A stretch of 64,000 nucleotides of DNA from Eledone cirrhosa. Taxonomy: Eukaryota. The stretch's first letter is position 1. Each line of letters begins with the position of its first letter. Positions 26,241-40,926 of the stretch are shown piece after piece. The stretch lies in contig OZ024740.1 of NCBI GenBank assembly GCA_964016885.1, forward strand, positions 177,134,001 through 177,198,000. The letters are read 5' to 3'. Both the position numbers and the translations under genes were made by a program. Below the pieces are notes generated by a model. The model saw only the letters and a list, made by a program, of their open reading frames with translations, had not been told where the DNA came from and did not search any database.

Positions 26241-26585
26241 TATATATATATTTCTATCGATTTAACCACCCCCAATCACTCTCTCGCAAAAATTCACATA
26301 ATGTAAAGTTACAAAGTCTTCATGCTTTCCATGCTATATGGTCTGTAGTGTTCTAGTACTGTGATAATCAATATGTTGGTGTTATTGTTATTTGGTCCCA
26401 GGTTAGCACTGGTCATGCAAACCTATGATCGAAAGCTGTCCTCACGTGGTTATCTGTGGCCGCATTGTCCAATATGCCTTGCCCTTTTTTTGAACCGAAA
26501 ATGAGTAAACTGATGGAAGTTTGACTGCAATTTCTATCATATACGTCGACCGTGTAGGAGAGGCTCATTCAATGGTTCGTATAAG

Positions 26586-26770
26586 TAATTGTTTCTACTA
26601 TTCGCACAAGGACAGCAATTAACCAGTGCATTACTGGTACTTTATTTTATCGACCCGGTAAGGATGAAAGGCAAAGTTAACCTCGGCGGGATTTGAACTC
26701 AGAATGGCAAGGGCCGTAACTCTATACGTCAAAGCATGGTATCCGACCCTCTACCGATACTGCCAATGCA
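26586..26770 (-). mobile_element. tRNA/Meta-core SINE
   Basis: Near full-length reverse-strand copy. Confidence 0.9.
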
Positions 26771-26806
26771 CACAAATATGGCTTTTGTTTATGTTTTTGT
26801 GTATAC

Positions 26807-26861
<55 letters not shown>

Positions 26862-26872
26862 CGCGTGTGCCC

Positions 26873-26930
<58 letters not shown>

Positions 26931-26958
26931 TTATATATATGTATACATATACATACAC

Positions 26959-27018
<60 letters not shown>

Positions 27019-27063
27019 ATATGTATGTATATGTATATATATATATATATACATATATCTATA

Positions 27064-27115
<52 letters not shown>

Positions 27116-27372
27116 CTTATATATATATATATACACATATATATTGACTGATAATACTGACACTTATATTTTCAGAAAAAATACAATTGTATACATACAT
27201 CTACTGACATGCATAAACTTTCATACACATTTATTGTTGTTAAAGCTAATGCAGTCATACATATACATACACATACACTGACACACGTCTGTTATAAATG
27301 GGGTCATATATAAAAAGGGTGACGCACCTAAATAATACCCCTGTCTTATTTACACACACACACACACACACG

Positions 27373-27403
<31 letters not shown>

Positions 27404-27564
27404 ACACGCAACCACCAGTACAGGGTAGATAGGTTTCTCCCTCTCCCTAATGTTATATAATGTCAAAATGAGGCCATAAATACATTATAACAGAGTTTCA
27501 GCAACAGTCAGAGTCACAGCCATTAAAAATAATAACAATAAAAACAATAATAGTGATGATATAA

Positions 27565-28995
27565 TTCCTTTATTAACCACACAGGATTTACAAAAAGCGT
27601 ATTGAGGACGGTACAATATGGTAGTGTGGTTTTATGGAAACGTGTAAAAATAAGAAATAACAAAATTAAAAACAAAAAATATAATAAAATTAAAACAAAG
27701 AAAGTTCTCCACTAAAGGAAAGTTTCAGTGGGTTATTCGTGGAAAAAAACACAAAATGCCACGATCAACCTGACTACTAAAGCAAGTGCTTTCTCCCTGT
27801 TTCTTCCAGGAATTTACTTGTAGGCATGGTCACTCGGACCATGCTCGACCCTCTCATCCATTTGTCGAAATAAATACCGAAGGGCAGCAATTAACACTCC
27901 CGCCTCTAATTCTTTTTAAAGTTTTACTTGGAAAAGTCTATGCGCTTGGCCAAAGAGGAAAGTGTCTGTCTTCAACCCTTTTGAATCTCGTCCACCAGAC
28001 AATATCTTTCGCTGAAGTCACACGAAAGCCAAAGGAAAGCGACTGCGTGATCTCTTCACAATAGACTTCTCTGTTATCCGGATGCGTCTTACATGTGTTA
28101 GCAGCAGTTCAACACATCTCCATAAGTCATATGTGCTCGTGTACTAGACGAGTGATTGCAAGATGTATTCGTTGTCCAGCCTCTCTATGATTTATCGTCT
28201 GAGGTGATGAATCTATTTGGGACAGCGCATGTCTGCACCTCCTATATCAGAGCACTAACGACAAATACCAACGTTTTGAACTCTGTGTTTAGCAGACTTA
28301 TATGACGAAAATAAGCAATGTCTCCCTACTTTGGATCCTTTCTTAAAAGCGTCATCACATCTCAGCTCACATGACATCGATTTCACCCGTTCTGCTATCA
28401 ATTATGGTGGACATAGGCCAAGGGTTCACCGAATACGTTTGATAAAGCTCGCAGGGCAGACCGTCGAAACCAGGTGATTTTCTCCTCATCCAGTCATTGT
28501 ATTATGTATGTCAGTGATTGTCATCGGATTTTCGCAACAATCCGCTTCGATTGCTGTGAGTCGCGTCAAATCGTCGATGTAGGCATTACAATTTATGCTG
28601 CGATTGAGCAAAGTGTTGGAGAAATACAGCGCCCATCACTTACTAATCGACTAACAAGTGCTGATATGTTGCGCCTCTGCCACTCGGGTTCATCGAAAAT
28701 CTTTTGTTCATTCGTATCTGAGTACAGGCCTCAATTCTAAGCATGCAATCTTCATGCATGGCATTGATGAATTGGCAGAGAGCCAAACTCACCGCACATA
28801 CGTTTTTCCTCATACTTTTACTATTCATCATTTTCAGTACAAACCACCATTTGTTGATTGCGATTACACTCATCAACGCCCGCTCAACTTGATCATTAAT
28901 CCAGTCTGTACACTTTGTGCATCTAGAAGGACTCGTTCAGCTTCCTGTAGGTGGGCACCCGCCCAAGAAGCCTATCTAGATCAACAGTATAGACC
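27565..28995 (-). mobile_element. Decayed Tx1-like LINE
   Basis: Reverse complement gives ISLLNTEFK (~28280), PGFDGLPCELY (~28450) and a 3' region similar to 15540-15700. Confidence 0.65.
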
Positions 28996-31410
28996 ATAAT
29001 GTATCGACTGTGAGGGTGGCTATTTTAAATTGTGAGCAACCTACGCCTTTAGAATATATTTTAGGACACCATCTCTCTTTCTATATTTACTTTTCTCTCT
29101 CAAGTGTTACTTGAAGATGTTGATAAGGGTTTAGCCTAAGAAAAGTTCAGTCCTTTCGCTATACCATTTCCTTCACTCTAGCCATCAGAGTACTTGTTCT
29201 TCATTATTAAGTTCTGTATTAGCCACAAGGGTATAGGAATCGTTGGTAACAGTACATGAACGAAATAAAAAAAAATAGTATTTCATTTCCATCAAGTAAA
29301 AAAAATGACGAAATCACCAATAATAACAAAACAACAAGTAATTATGTAAAAGCATAACACATATATTGCGCAATTCTATTTTAAAGCACAGAAGACAAAT
29401 CTACTCTCCCAATAATTGTTGCTTGTTTACAGCCATGTAACTACATTGAACATATTTCTCCACACCAATTCTCGCCATTCTCACCCACCTTTTATAAAAT
29501 ATAATACTTTGTTACTTTCTTGTCTCATGTTCGATGGATAGAGGTTATTACGAAAACGTAATTATAAAACAGAACAAAAAAACTGAAGGAAATGTTGCCA
29601 TTAAATAGATCAATAACAGCAACGGAAATAACAATTAATAACGTGTTGAAAACCTCGACGTTTCCAGGGCATCCAATCGGTCTAGTTTTTTTCTTTTTTT
29701 GTAGTCTTTGTTAAGTTCTATGCTGGTCTTAATCAAACATTCTGTTTTTTTATTTCTCTAGGAGGCACTCGAGCAAGGATCACATCAACCAATGTTTCCT
29801 TTTCTAAGACGGTTAGATATGATTTTATTCATTTTCAAGTGCAGAGCGAATTTCGTTACAGTTTCACGAAGAAAAATCTTTGGATAAAACTAGCTACTAG
29901 TCGGCTGAATTCATCCTTCAGCAAGGCATGTCCGACGCTTTAATATTTATATGAATTCATCTCCTTAGTGAATTCTAGCCTTCAGGAATCTTATCTTTAT
30001 TTCTTCGCAGAGTAGCTAGAACTACATAATCCTATGTCTTGTTATCTGACAATGGGCTGTGATGTAACTGATACAGTTGTCTGTTAAGCTGAGTGACCAA
30101 GCATAATTTTATGTGATGTTAAGCGACTCGTAGTAGAAGACAGTCTATTGCAAATTTAACGCGATGATGCTGCTGGTGTCAGGATGACTGGAGCAATACG
30201 GAATGAAATATATTGCTCAACGACACAAGACGCCTGTACATGGGATCGAATCCATGAAGATATGGTTGTGAGATCAACATCCTGACCAATTCCATAGGTC
30301 GCACATCATCATTAGTAATTCGTAAGCTCAGAATTAAATACAATAAAATTATAATATACTACCATCCTTTCTAACGTATCTATTCTTACATCTTGCTTTT
30401 ATAAGACCCCATTATCAAGCCGTTAAATTTCCTTCGTGTAAGGTAATAGGTTTTGATTTAACTTAGATTTGGTTACTATTTCTAGCGTTTCGAGTGACCA
30501 AGTATCATCAGTGGCTTATACGCACAAAACTAAATAGTGTATAACTACTAGGTCCATCTACTACCACCCCTTCCATCGAATCTACTACTCCATCGCGCCA
30601 TTATAAGACCAAAGTATTAAGTCGTTAAATCCTCTTGATTCAGTCGCGTCTGTAAGATTATAACCTCCTGGGAGGTTTTCGTTAGAGGTGCCTCCAAATT
30701 ATATCAGCATCTATTCATAGCGTCAACGGAGTGAATAATAACCATGATGACACGGGTAAATGAATAGACGTAAAACGAAGCAGAAAGAGAACGGAAGAAA
30801 GATAGATATGGGGAACAAGAAAGAGAGAGAGAGAGAAAGGAGGAGAAAGAGAGTAAGAGAGAATAGATAGGTAGATAAATAGATAAATAAAGAGATATAT
30901 AAACAGATATATGATTACAAATGTCTGTATGTACGTATATATGTGAGTGTGTGTGTGTATGTGTCAAAAACAATTAAAGAGACTATAAGACGAAGTGGTG
31001 ATGGGGGTGTTGGTGGATGGTTGAGTGGGGGTTAGTTCGTAAATAAATAAATGTCCAAAGAAAAGTGGCATTATGTTACAATGAAGAGTTAGTTCCAAAA
31101 CAGTGAATGTATTTTTGATAATCATACGCATTGAAATAGCAAAGAGAATAGAATAATAGCAGAGTATTGGTTTGTGATAGAAAATGCGAGATAGTGAGAA
31201 AGGGATAGAGATGTATGCATGTATGTATGTATGTATGTATGTATGTATGTATGTATGTATGTATGTATCTATCTGTATGTATGTATGTGTGCATGTATGT
31301 ATGGATGTATCTATCTGTATGTAGATATACACATATACTGTATATATATAATATAGATGCATGCATGTATATATGTACTTATATATATATGTTTATATAT
31401 ATATATGTAT

Positions 31411-31499
<89 letters not shown>

Positions 31500-31590
31500 T
31501 ATATATATTATGTATATGTTTATATATATTATGTATATGTTTATATATATATTATGTATATGTTTATATATATATATGTATATATATATT

Positions 31591-31630
<40 letters not shown>

Positions 31631-31685
31631 CATATATATATATACATAAATATATATATACATAAATATATATATATATATACAT

Positions 31686-31767
<82 letters not shown>

Positions 31768-31873
31768 GTGTGTTTGTGTGAGTGTGTGTTTATATGTATG
31801 TATACATATATAGACGATATCTGGAAAAGAAAGGGAAACATAGGAGATAGAACTAAATAAAGACACACACGGT

Positions 31874-31907
<34 letters not shown>

Positions 31908-32918
31908 CGCACACATACATGCTCACGCAAGTACGCACACATACAAATAGACACAGAGAGAGTAGGAGACAGAAAGAGAGAGGAAGAGAGAGAGTGAAAG
32001 AGGGCGACAGAGGAGGAAGAGCAGTAGACAGAGAGACATTGACACATCTTCCACTTCAATAGACCTATATTCCAATCTCTCTTGGACAACCTTGATGAGT
32101 AACGACGAGTAACGCCCCTTGACACATTAAAAAAAGATTTCAAATGAAAAGAAAAAAAAAAGACACGGATAACAAAAATAAATGTATACGGACACGCATA
32201 CGCACAACTACGTACGTAGGTACGTATTCATATACGCATACAGACGTCAGTACTATTGATATACCTATACACACACATACGTGCTAACCTGTGTATATAC
32301 ATGAATACATCCGTATGTATATAAATACTATGGATATATACATGTTTGGATGCACGCGTGTATGTATGTGTAGGTATATACGTATATATTCACAGGCATG
32401 CGTATATACGTTTGCACATACATATTCATACATATATAAATACATGCATACAAATATATAAATGTACCTACTCATTTACCTCCCTTACCTACCTACCTAC
32501 CTATCTACCAACATACACACATACATACATGCATACATACATACATACATATATACATGCATACATACATACATAAATAAATACGTACATACAAACATAC
32601 CAGCTACATACATTGCATGTATACATACGTATTGGCATTATTACGCCCATAGAGTATCAAGGGTTTTGAATAAGGTACGGCGGAGGCTATGACAATATTG
32701 ATAGTTTTCACATCTATCTTACAGCGATTTGCTTGAACAATAGCTTAGCTTGTGATCAGTCCGCTTGGCTGTATTGTTCGCACAATGAATACCAAAATGC
32801 TTCCTCTTACAAGATATTTTAGGACACGCTGAATGGAGAAGCGAAGATATGGTGCACTGACCTACTTAGTTAAATGTTCTTATACGAAACTCTACACGTA
32901 CGCACATACTCACATACA

Positions 32919-32964
<46 letters not shown>

Positions 32965-33544
32965 CATATATATATATAAACACACACAAAGGTATATACG
33001 CATACACTTATTCCCGCCCACCTACATACACACTCAACCCCACAAACATATATACATACACCTACAAACACACGCATGTACACACAAACACACACACACA
33101 CACACATATATATATATGTATATATATGTATGTATATATATATATACATGCATACACATGCGTACGTACATATATACGTGTAAATAAACTTCCAAATTCA
33201 GATACATGCATAACTGTATATGTGAATGTGTGTATATTTAAGTATGTATGTATGTGTATGTGTACATAAATATATATATATACACACATATATATATATA
33301 TGTGTGTGTGTGTAATTTAAGAGCCAATGTACTGACTGATGTACTAAAATATTTCTCTATTATTTGTTTCTTAATTGAAATATCCTACTTAGTTGGAGAA
33401 ATTAAACAAAATCAAGTGATAATTGTTAGTGGCGCTCGAAGTAAAGGGGAGATAATTTCAAGAAATTAAGAACTGATTTCTCAAAATTCATTTACATCCT
33501 TAGGCTAAAATTAGATTTGATGTAGAAAACAATGACAGTGAGAA

Positions 33545-33622
<78 letters not shown>

Positions 33623-35058
33623 TACAAAGAGTTACACACAGACGATCAGTGACAGATGTGACAAAGGGAAAACCACAATCAATTAATTTAGCTTTAGTTA
33701 CCGCTATATGGTGTTGAGTTTTGTGTTCACATATTTTACTTTGAAATACCTATATAGAAATATTTATGCAATACAAAACGCGACTTCAGCTCAATGTCAT
33801 TTTGATGTGTTTATCAATGTTCTTTGATAAACGCCTGTGTTCGAAGGTGTTCAAGACGTGAAGGTCTAATTCCTGTTTATGGTTATAATGTATCCAGGAT
33901 TGTATTATCCTGGCCACAAGCATGCAAGGATGTGTGGCTAAGAACTTTGCTTTAGAAGCAAGCAATGGACTCGTATTTGGTTATGGTTGCGCTAATAATT
34001 AGCTAAGCTATAAGGAAGACTCTCTGTGATCGCTTGACTTGCTAGATACAGAATACACTTCTATCTTAAATCACACTATCAATTTAAAAACGAGTAGGAC
34101 ACTAGAGAATGTAATCATAGCTGATTTGGGACTAAAAACAACAATAACACAAATGCTACACTCATCACGAACAACAGTCAACAAAATAACCGCCAAACGG
34201 TTGTTGGCAATGCTAGAAATAGCAGCCAAATCTTCATTGAATCACACTATCTAGTAGGAAAACTTAAAGGACATGTTATAGAATATAACCTTAGATACAC
34301 TATGTAAAAATATAAATCGGGAAAATCATGGTTGTAAGATATTTGCTATTAATTTGGCTCAATCTGGTGTGGCATGGCGATAAAAAAACAAAACTGAGGA
34401 GGTCTTTTACTGGTTTGTTTACCTGCTAGATGGAAGAGCGCAATAACCTTTTGTCATACAATAAGGATTATAACGGCTTGAAAGATTTTAATAGCATGTC
34501 AGCTCAATTAGCATTTTGACTTGGGATTAAAGAACAATGAGATGATGTAGGCTTCATCCTGGACCTGTGAAAAATAGGGGCAAACTTCCTCCATATTCAC
34601 ACCGTAATCCCTTTCACAATGCTGAGGTTGTCGCGGCCAGAATCAATTTGGTCATTGGTCTTCTCAATAAAGTTTTGTGTCAGGTCAAACAACAATAATT
34701 TTCAAGTATGGATTTAACAAATGATTCTCGCACTTAGCTAAGATATTTACCCACTCAGCTAATTTCGATTCTACGTCATTATATAATTTAACAACTGTAA
34801 AATAAGAAAAGGAGCTCCTCTGTTCATGGGGTTAGGTTTGATTCTACTCATATGTTACAGACCCTGAAAGTGTCAGATGTGATTTACGTCATGTTCACAC
34901 TTTCTAGTCCCTTCTCACGTCAACTCATAATGCCTTGAAATTCTCACGCATAAATATTTATTTAAAATGTTTCCTTTTTCTCTCTAGCTTCCTCTTCTTC
35001 CACGTACATACATACCATACCACACATATATACATACCATACATACATACATGCATAC

Positions 35059-35094
<36 letters not shown>

Positions 35095-35100
<6 letters not shown>

Positions 35101-35335
35101 ATATGGGTGAGAAGAATACTGCTGGTTGCACATGGATAACATGTTATAAAATGAGTCCCTCATCAGTGATTTACCAAACGATCATGGGTATTTCATTGCA
35201 ATAAAAATCATATACCTCACGTTGGAGCGATAATAACTAAAATAAGTTATTAGGACAATAGAAACGCGTAAAGCGAGTGAGACAAGTAAACAACACAGGG
35301 GGAAGCTAACCGAAGATGGAAATAAACACAAGCAT
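35095..35335 (-). repeat. (TA)n-anchored repeat with CTGATGA half-core (family C)
   Basis: Homologous to 41566-41810 and 42094-42229. Confidence 0.75.
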
Positions 35336-35384
35336 ATATATATATTTATTTATTTATTTATTTATATATTTATTATTATTACTG

Positions 35385-35568
35385 CGGTATCGGTAGAGGG
35401 TCGGACGCCATGCTTTGACGCATAGAGTTACGGCCCTTGCCATTCTGAGTTCAAATCCCGCCGAAGTTAACTTTGCCTTTCTTCCTTACGGGGTCGATAA
35501 AATAAAGTACCAGTAATGCACTGTGGTAATTACTGGCCTTGTGCCAAAAGTAGAGACAATTATTATTA
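35385..35568 (+). mobile_element. tRNA/Meta-core SINE
   Basis: B box, core, ATT tail. Confidence 0.9.
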
Positions 35569-35612
35569 TATACAAATATATATGTAGGTATGTATGTATA
35601 TATGTAGACATG

Positions 35613-36219
35613 TCAGGTCATCAGATGGTGCTACTGGTAACATGTATCCCAGTACAACCTGTCTCATGGTCGGGTCGTTGGCGACTAAACTGGCAATCCC
35701 ACCAAGGTTTCTTGGTGAGGAGGGTGACTTTGGACATCCTGCAGGACTAAAAACAAAACCTGTCAAAGGGCAAAGGAGCTCTTAAGAGTCAATGGCCATC
35801 CAAAATCATCGGCAGAGATGACCCCTTAGCCTTTGTCAAGGCAGAATTCTAGGAGAAGGAAAACTCTGATATAACACCTGCAACCCTGATGGTATCCAAT
35901 GATGTTGACTTGTTGTTCTTTTTGGTAAATATCATCTTGGTTAAGAGAGTGGGACTGGCTTTGTGCAGTGCCTTTGCTCACTATAAAAGCTTCACGGCAC
36001 AGGCATCTCTTTGTATCTGGAGATCTCTCTGCACTTGTCGTCACATGGTACCATGGGCCCAGCACTATGTGTCAATAATTGTCACAAGTGTAGTGTTTGT
36101 ACCAGAGTTTCCAAGTCGCTGGGTGGACTAAAAAGTCACACTCGTTCAGCGCATCGGTGGGGGTTTTCCCACATGGATATAAAGTAGTGGCCGTACTCGA
36201 AAACGAGTTGGCAGCCACC
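35613..36219 (+). mobile_element. Short non-autonomous RTE-derived element with 11-bp TSD
   Basis: atgtagacatg at 35602-35612 and 36220-36230; near-identical to 20268-20877. Confidence 0.85.
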
Positions 36220-36296
36220 ATGTAGACATGAGTGTATGTATATTTGAGTCTACGTATGTAATATATGCATATTTTTCATTGTGGCTTTTCCTTGAT

Positions 36297-36344
<48 letters not shown>

Positions 36345-37514
36345 TAGCAGCCATACCCGGCGTTGACCGGGTGTAAGTCTACCATTAGTAAATATTTTTT
36401 TTAAAGAGAAAACAATATTTATTTTTAACAATAAGAAGTATGTGTTGTTCGATGTAAAAACGATAAAATGTTATGGCGTATGAAAGGTGAATGAGTATAA
36501 AAGTGTGATTGACGCGCTGAAGCTCCAAACGCGAACTATGCCACAAGGAAGTCAGCAGCCCAAGAGTGAGTCACGTGGAATTAATGACAATAATGTGGGA
36601 TGTTTGGCAATTCAGGGACTGAAGTCGTTGCGGAATGGCGGAGATAATGTATGTGACTTTGAGTGAAAGGTACAAATGAGGGGGGTCCCATACATTTGCT
36701 ACAGTAGAAACACGTAAATTTTTTGTTATGCATTGCGTATATGTAGGCATTCTAATGATTTATGTAGTTTGAAATGCTTACCATTCTGTATAGCTGTGGC
36801 TGCCAGTAGAAACTGTGACGTTGCTTTCCTTAGACTGATTGCAGTGACATAGACCAAACATGAAGGACGCTCAAAATTCCTTAACACAAATTCTGCACCA
36901 ACCTCGATTGCAAAAGTAACAGAGAATAACGAATAGCGATTATTAGGCCAAAAAAAAAATGCTGAAGCAACTTCTATTGCACGAGATGCAGAAAACGAAA
37001 CACAAAGTTCGATGCGACAGAAAATAAATGCTGAGGCAACTGCTGCTGCTTGAGGTGCAGAAAACTATTCTCAACCCTCACTGCGACAGAAAGCAAATAT
37101 TGAAGCAACGTCTATTGCAGAAGGTGCAGAGAACGAACCACAGCGTTCATTATTGCAGCAACTTCCGCAGCTCGAGCTGCATCAACCGAAGCAAAGCGTC
37201 AACTGCGGCAGCAAAGAACTGTGAGTCAACGTCTGCTGTTTGAGCTGTATCAACCGAAACGCAGCGTCAACTGCGGCAGCAAAGACATGTGAATCAACGT
37301 CTGCTGCGCGCGCTGGCGAATCCATTGAAAACTGGCTCAACCAACCAGAGGGGAACGTGCATTTCAATACCGTGCAGCTCAAAGTGGTCACAACGTTTAC
37401 AGTCGAAAAGTATGGTGTTATGAATTTCAAAAAGGCAGTATGTCTACAATTTGGTAATTATTGAAAGCAGCGAGTTATTTGATTGTTAGAAGATGGTTTG
37501 TGTCGCAGTGTTGA

Positions 37515-38305
37515 TTACAGAACTTCTTGGTCCACAATATTTGTGGTTTTAGCGTTTGGAGCAAATGCATAAAGGTTTCTTTTGCTTCCCACTCTGGAAC
37601 ATCCAACGTATAGCTGACCGGGCGAAAAGCATGGCTCTTCTATGTTTATACCCGCGACGGACAATGTTTGCCCCTGAGACTTATTTATCGTCATAGTGAA
37701 ACTACAATGAACTGGAAACTGGAGCCTCCTAAATGAAAAGGAGATCTCTGATGTTGACGGACAAAGGGGAATCCTTGGGATAAGAACATTTTCCCCCTTT
37801 CCACACCCCGAGAGAATCGTCGCCTCGATCAAGTTTTGCGTTACTTTATTTACTGTAAGGCGGGTGCCGTTGCAGAGTTTTGGTGGGTGTAGATTCCTCA
37901 AAAGCATAATTGGGCATCCTTGCTTAAGTTCCAATCGATGAGATGGCAACCCGGAGGGGTTCAATGAGTTAAGAAACTCAATTGGGTAGTTAATGGGGTC
38001 TGTGACTGTATCGATGGACTTGTATGTACACGAAGCTGTAGGAAGAGACTTAAGCAGTTGTACCTTGATTTTGTCGACAGTTTCAATTTTCGAAGCCACT
38101 ATTGCCCTTTCGCACAGCCAGTTTGGATTTTGGTAGTTAGTGCTCAACTCAGGGAATACTGCATCTGTCAAGTCGTCAGCACTGTCGACTAAAGTGCAGA
38201 CCCATTCGAGGGAGATTTTTTCATCTTCATAAAGTGGCACTTTGCCGTTCCCAAGTGTCAATAGGTTGGTAGCAAAATCTGATGACACTTGGTCACTAAG
38301 CGTCC
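37515..38305 (-). pseudogene. PIF1-like SF1B helicase C-terminal half of Helitron RepHel
   Basis: YPIEFLNSLNPSGLPSHRLELKQGCPIMLLRNL..LCNGTRL; LQFPV..FTMTINKSQGQTL; GQLYVGCSRV; Rep domain and Walker A absent. Confidence 0.92.
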
Positions 38306-38445
38306 GAGCTTTCGTGTTCGTACACACACACGTACACACACACGTACACACACACACACACAGACACACACACACACACTCACGCACGCAAACGCTCAAA
38401 CGCACGCAAACTCACGCACGCACGTGTGCACGTACACACACATAT

Positions 38446-38560
38446 TAATTATCTCTACTTTAAGCACAAGGCCAGCAATAACTCAGTGCATTACTGGTAC
38501 TTTATTTTATCGACCCCGTAAGGATGAAATGCAAAGTCAACCTCGGCGGGATTTGAACTC
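38446..38560 (-). mobile_element. 5'-truncated SINE inserted near the Helitron 5' end
   Basis: SINE core on reverse strand; TSD cacacatattaat. Confidence 0.85.
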
Positions 38561-39049
38561 ACACATATTAATAGATTTAACTCTTACTTGAACGCTGCAA
38601 GAACACACACACGCACACATGTTAATTAGTTATAGCTTTCCTTCCCCTCTTCCACTGTCATGTATCAAACACAGCGTTTGTCGCACTCTCTCTCTCTCTC
38701 CCGCTATCCTCCTCTTTTAGTCTGTCTGTTTCTTTCACTCTCACTCTTTCTTTTTCATTTATATAGATATAGAGATTTTTTTCTGTGCAAAGTCGTACCT
38801 ATAGTCAGTTTTATCGATTTTTTTACCTGGACAAAGGAGGAGTCGATCATTCGCAATGGCGTGCCGACCTGCCCTGATAAATGTGTGGTTGATTACCAAA
38901 AATATGTTGAAAATCGGCCTTGTGGATCAAAAGTTGCTGCGGAATAGACACACACACACACAGACAGACATTTTCATTTTTGGAACACTTTCCCTGTTTC
39001 ATAAAACATACAGTATGCACAGACATCCACCTATACATACATATATATA

Positions 39050-39081
<32 letters not shown>

Positions 39082-39185
39082 GCTTCACATGATATCTCAT
39101 CAACTGTTCCGCCAGAGATCTTGTTTCGTTGGTAGAGTTCACTTTTGTCCGTAAGTTGTATTGTTTAACATTATAAACAAAGAAT

Positions 39186-39366
39186 GGCGGTGAATTGGCA
39201 GTATCGGTAGAGGGTTGTACACCATGCTTTCTAGCATAGTTACGTCCCTTTACGGTCTGAGTTCAAATTCCGTCGAGGTTAACTTTGCCTTTCGGGGTCG
39301 ATAAGTTAAAGTACCAGTAATGTACTGGTTAATTGCTGGCCTTGTGCCAATTGTAGAAACAATTAT
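39186..39366 (+). mobile_element. tRNA/Meta-core SINE with TSD attataaacaaagaatg
   Basis: Full head ggcggtgaattggcagtatcgg; duplicated flank. Confidence 0.9.
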
Positions 39367-39811
39367 AAACAAAGAATGATGATGACGTCATTTTGTAGAC
39401 CCAGGTAAGCCATGGCTGGGCGCTCCTATGAGTGACAGCGTTTAGCCCAGCCCATCATATCATTTTAGTTTTTTTTTAGGTGATGCGGACTTTAGGAATA
39501 ATATATCTACTATTACATTATCTAATTTGTACAACCGCTTTTGTTTAAAGACACTAATAGTGTTGATGTTGTTGTTGGTATTGGCGTTGGTGTTGGTAAT
39601 TGGTTTTACAATTTGTTGTTAGTGGTGTGATGAAGATGCATGCATGTAGAGTAAATATAATTCACTGTTTGAAGATGAGTTTTAAATTCGCAAACACTCA
39701 ACATTGAGTATTAACAACTTTACCAGCTTCTTTATAATTGGTTTACTTATTTTAATAAATTTATTTAAACACATATTCACATTTGCACAGATATAGAACT
39801 ACTCCACCACA

Positions 39812-40010
39812 CTCTTCTTCTTCTTCTTCTTGCTAGAAACAACCGTTTCCATCTGGTCCGGTTGGATCCCCAAGCGAGACCAACCAAGCTCATGGATGTT
39901 AACCAACCGTCCTGCTCGGGGTCTTCCCTTTGGTCTCCTGCCGATTGGTTTTGCCCGTAAAATCTGTCCAGGAGAGTTCAGAGGGGGGAAAGCTAGTGTT
40001 CAGACACATC
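39812..40010 (-). mobile_element. RTE LINE 3' end with (AAG)n tail
   Basis: Reverse complement encodes GRRPKGRPRAGRLVNIHELGWSRLGIQP; ends in gaa repeats. Confidence 0.6.
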
Positions 40011-40123
40011 ATGACCAATACTCTTCACCATAGCGATGTAAGAAGTGCTTGCTTGTGATGCCGATAGTTTCTTCCATTCCTACGTATCAACAAGAGTGGC
40101 GTCGGGAGTCGGCTTTGTTCATA

Positions 40124-40620
40124 CTATTTTCGGGGCGATTCTGACTTTATTTCATCATCATCACTAATAGCTGTGATAGATCGCGAACTTTCAAGAGGTA
40201 CTTTCTCAGACATCTTCTTGACTTCTTCATTCTGTTTTCTCTTTCTTACTTTCATACCATGAATCTTCTTTTCCTTTTTCTGAATGGCTCTCACCTGTTC
40301 TGCATCAACACCAGCCAGGAATGACGACATCCAATCTTCCCGTTGTGTCTCAAGGAAAGTTTTCTCTTCAGATGGGTCATCCTTTTGTTCGAGATCTTCC
40401 TGGATTGCAATGTCAAAGCTTTCCCTGAGATCACCTTTCCATATCTCACGCTTTGTCAGTCATACTTGACTTTTTTCCGTCCTTCATATTACTTATACAA
40501 TATCTCGAATGATGTGCCGATGTTTTTTTCTTTCATTTTGGTAGGGCTCTTTGATTTTCCCCTCATTTCCTCGATCCTCTGGCTAGTGTTTTTTACGGCA
40601 ACTGAAATTGTATAACGAGT
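40124..40620 (-). pseudogene. Possible Sola2-like DNA transposase N-terminal relic
   Basis: ESFDIAIQED...EEKTFLETQREDWMSSFLAGVDAEQ resembles the LFDIA...FL..QR....AGVD motif as I recall it. Confidence 0.45.
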
Positions 40621-40786
40621 TCAACGGGATGGTAGAGAAAATACAAGAGCCCTTGTTTCATTTTCTAATTCTCCGTGAAAGATGAAAATCAAAATCAATC
40701 AATCAATTTTATTTTAACGAGCTTTTGACTTCTTACATTTCTGAAAACCATTTAGGCTATGAAAGGCAAGAAAGAAGAACATTATT

Positions 40787-40926
40787 TGGCAGTATCAGTA
40801 GAGGGACGGACGCCACGTTTTGACGCATAGAGTTACGGCCCTTGCCCTTCTGAGTTCAAATTCCGCCGAGGTTAACTTTGCCTTTCATCCTTATGGGGTC
40901 GATAAAATAAAGTAGAAACAATTATT
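40787..40926 (+). mobile_element. tRNA/Meta-core SINE (internal deletion)
   Basis: Head, B box, core. Confidence 0.85.

Larger units (their letters stand above)
36344..38575 (-). mobile_element. Internally deleted Helitron with both termini
   Basis: 5' A|TCTATTAATAT at 38575; 3' CCCGG-tcaacg-CCGGG hairpin then CTAG|T at 36344; helicase ORF in the same orientation. Confidence 0.9.

Noticed and set aside
37515-38405. Host PIF1 helicase gene
   Set aside because: Intronless truncated fragment inside Helitron termini; ORF start lies in a microsatellite
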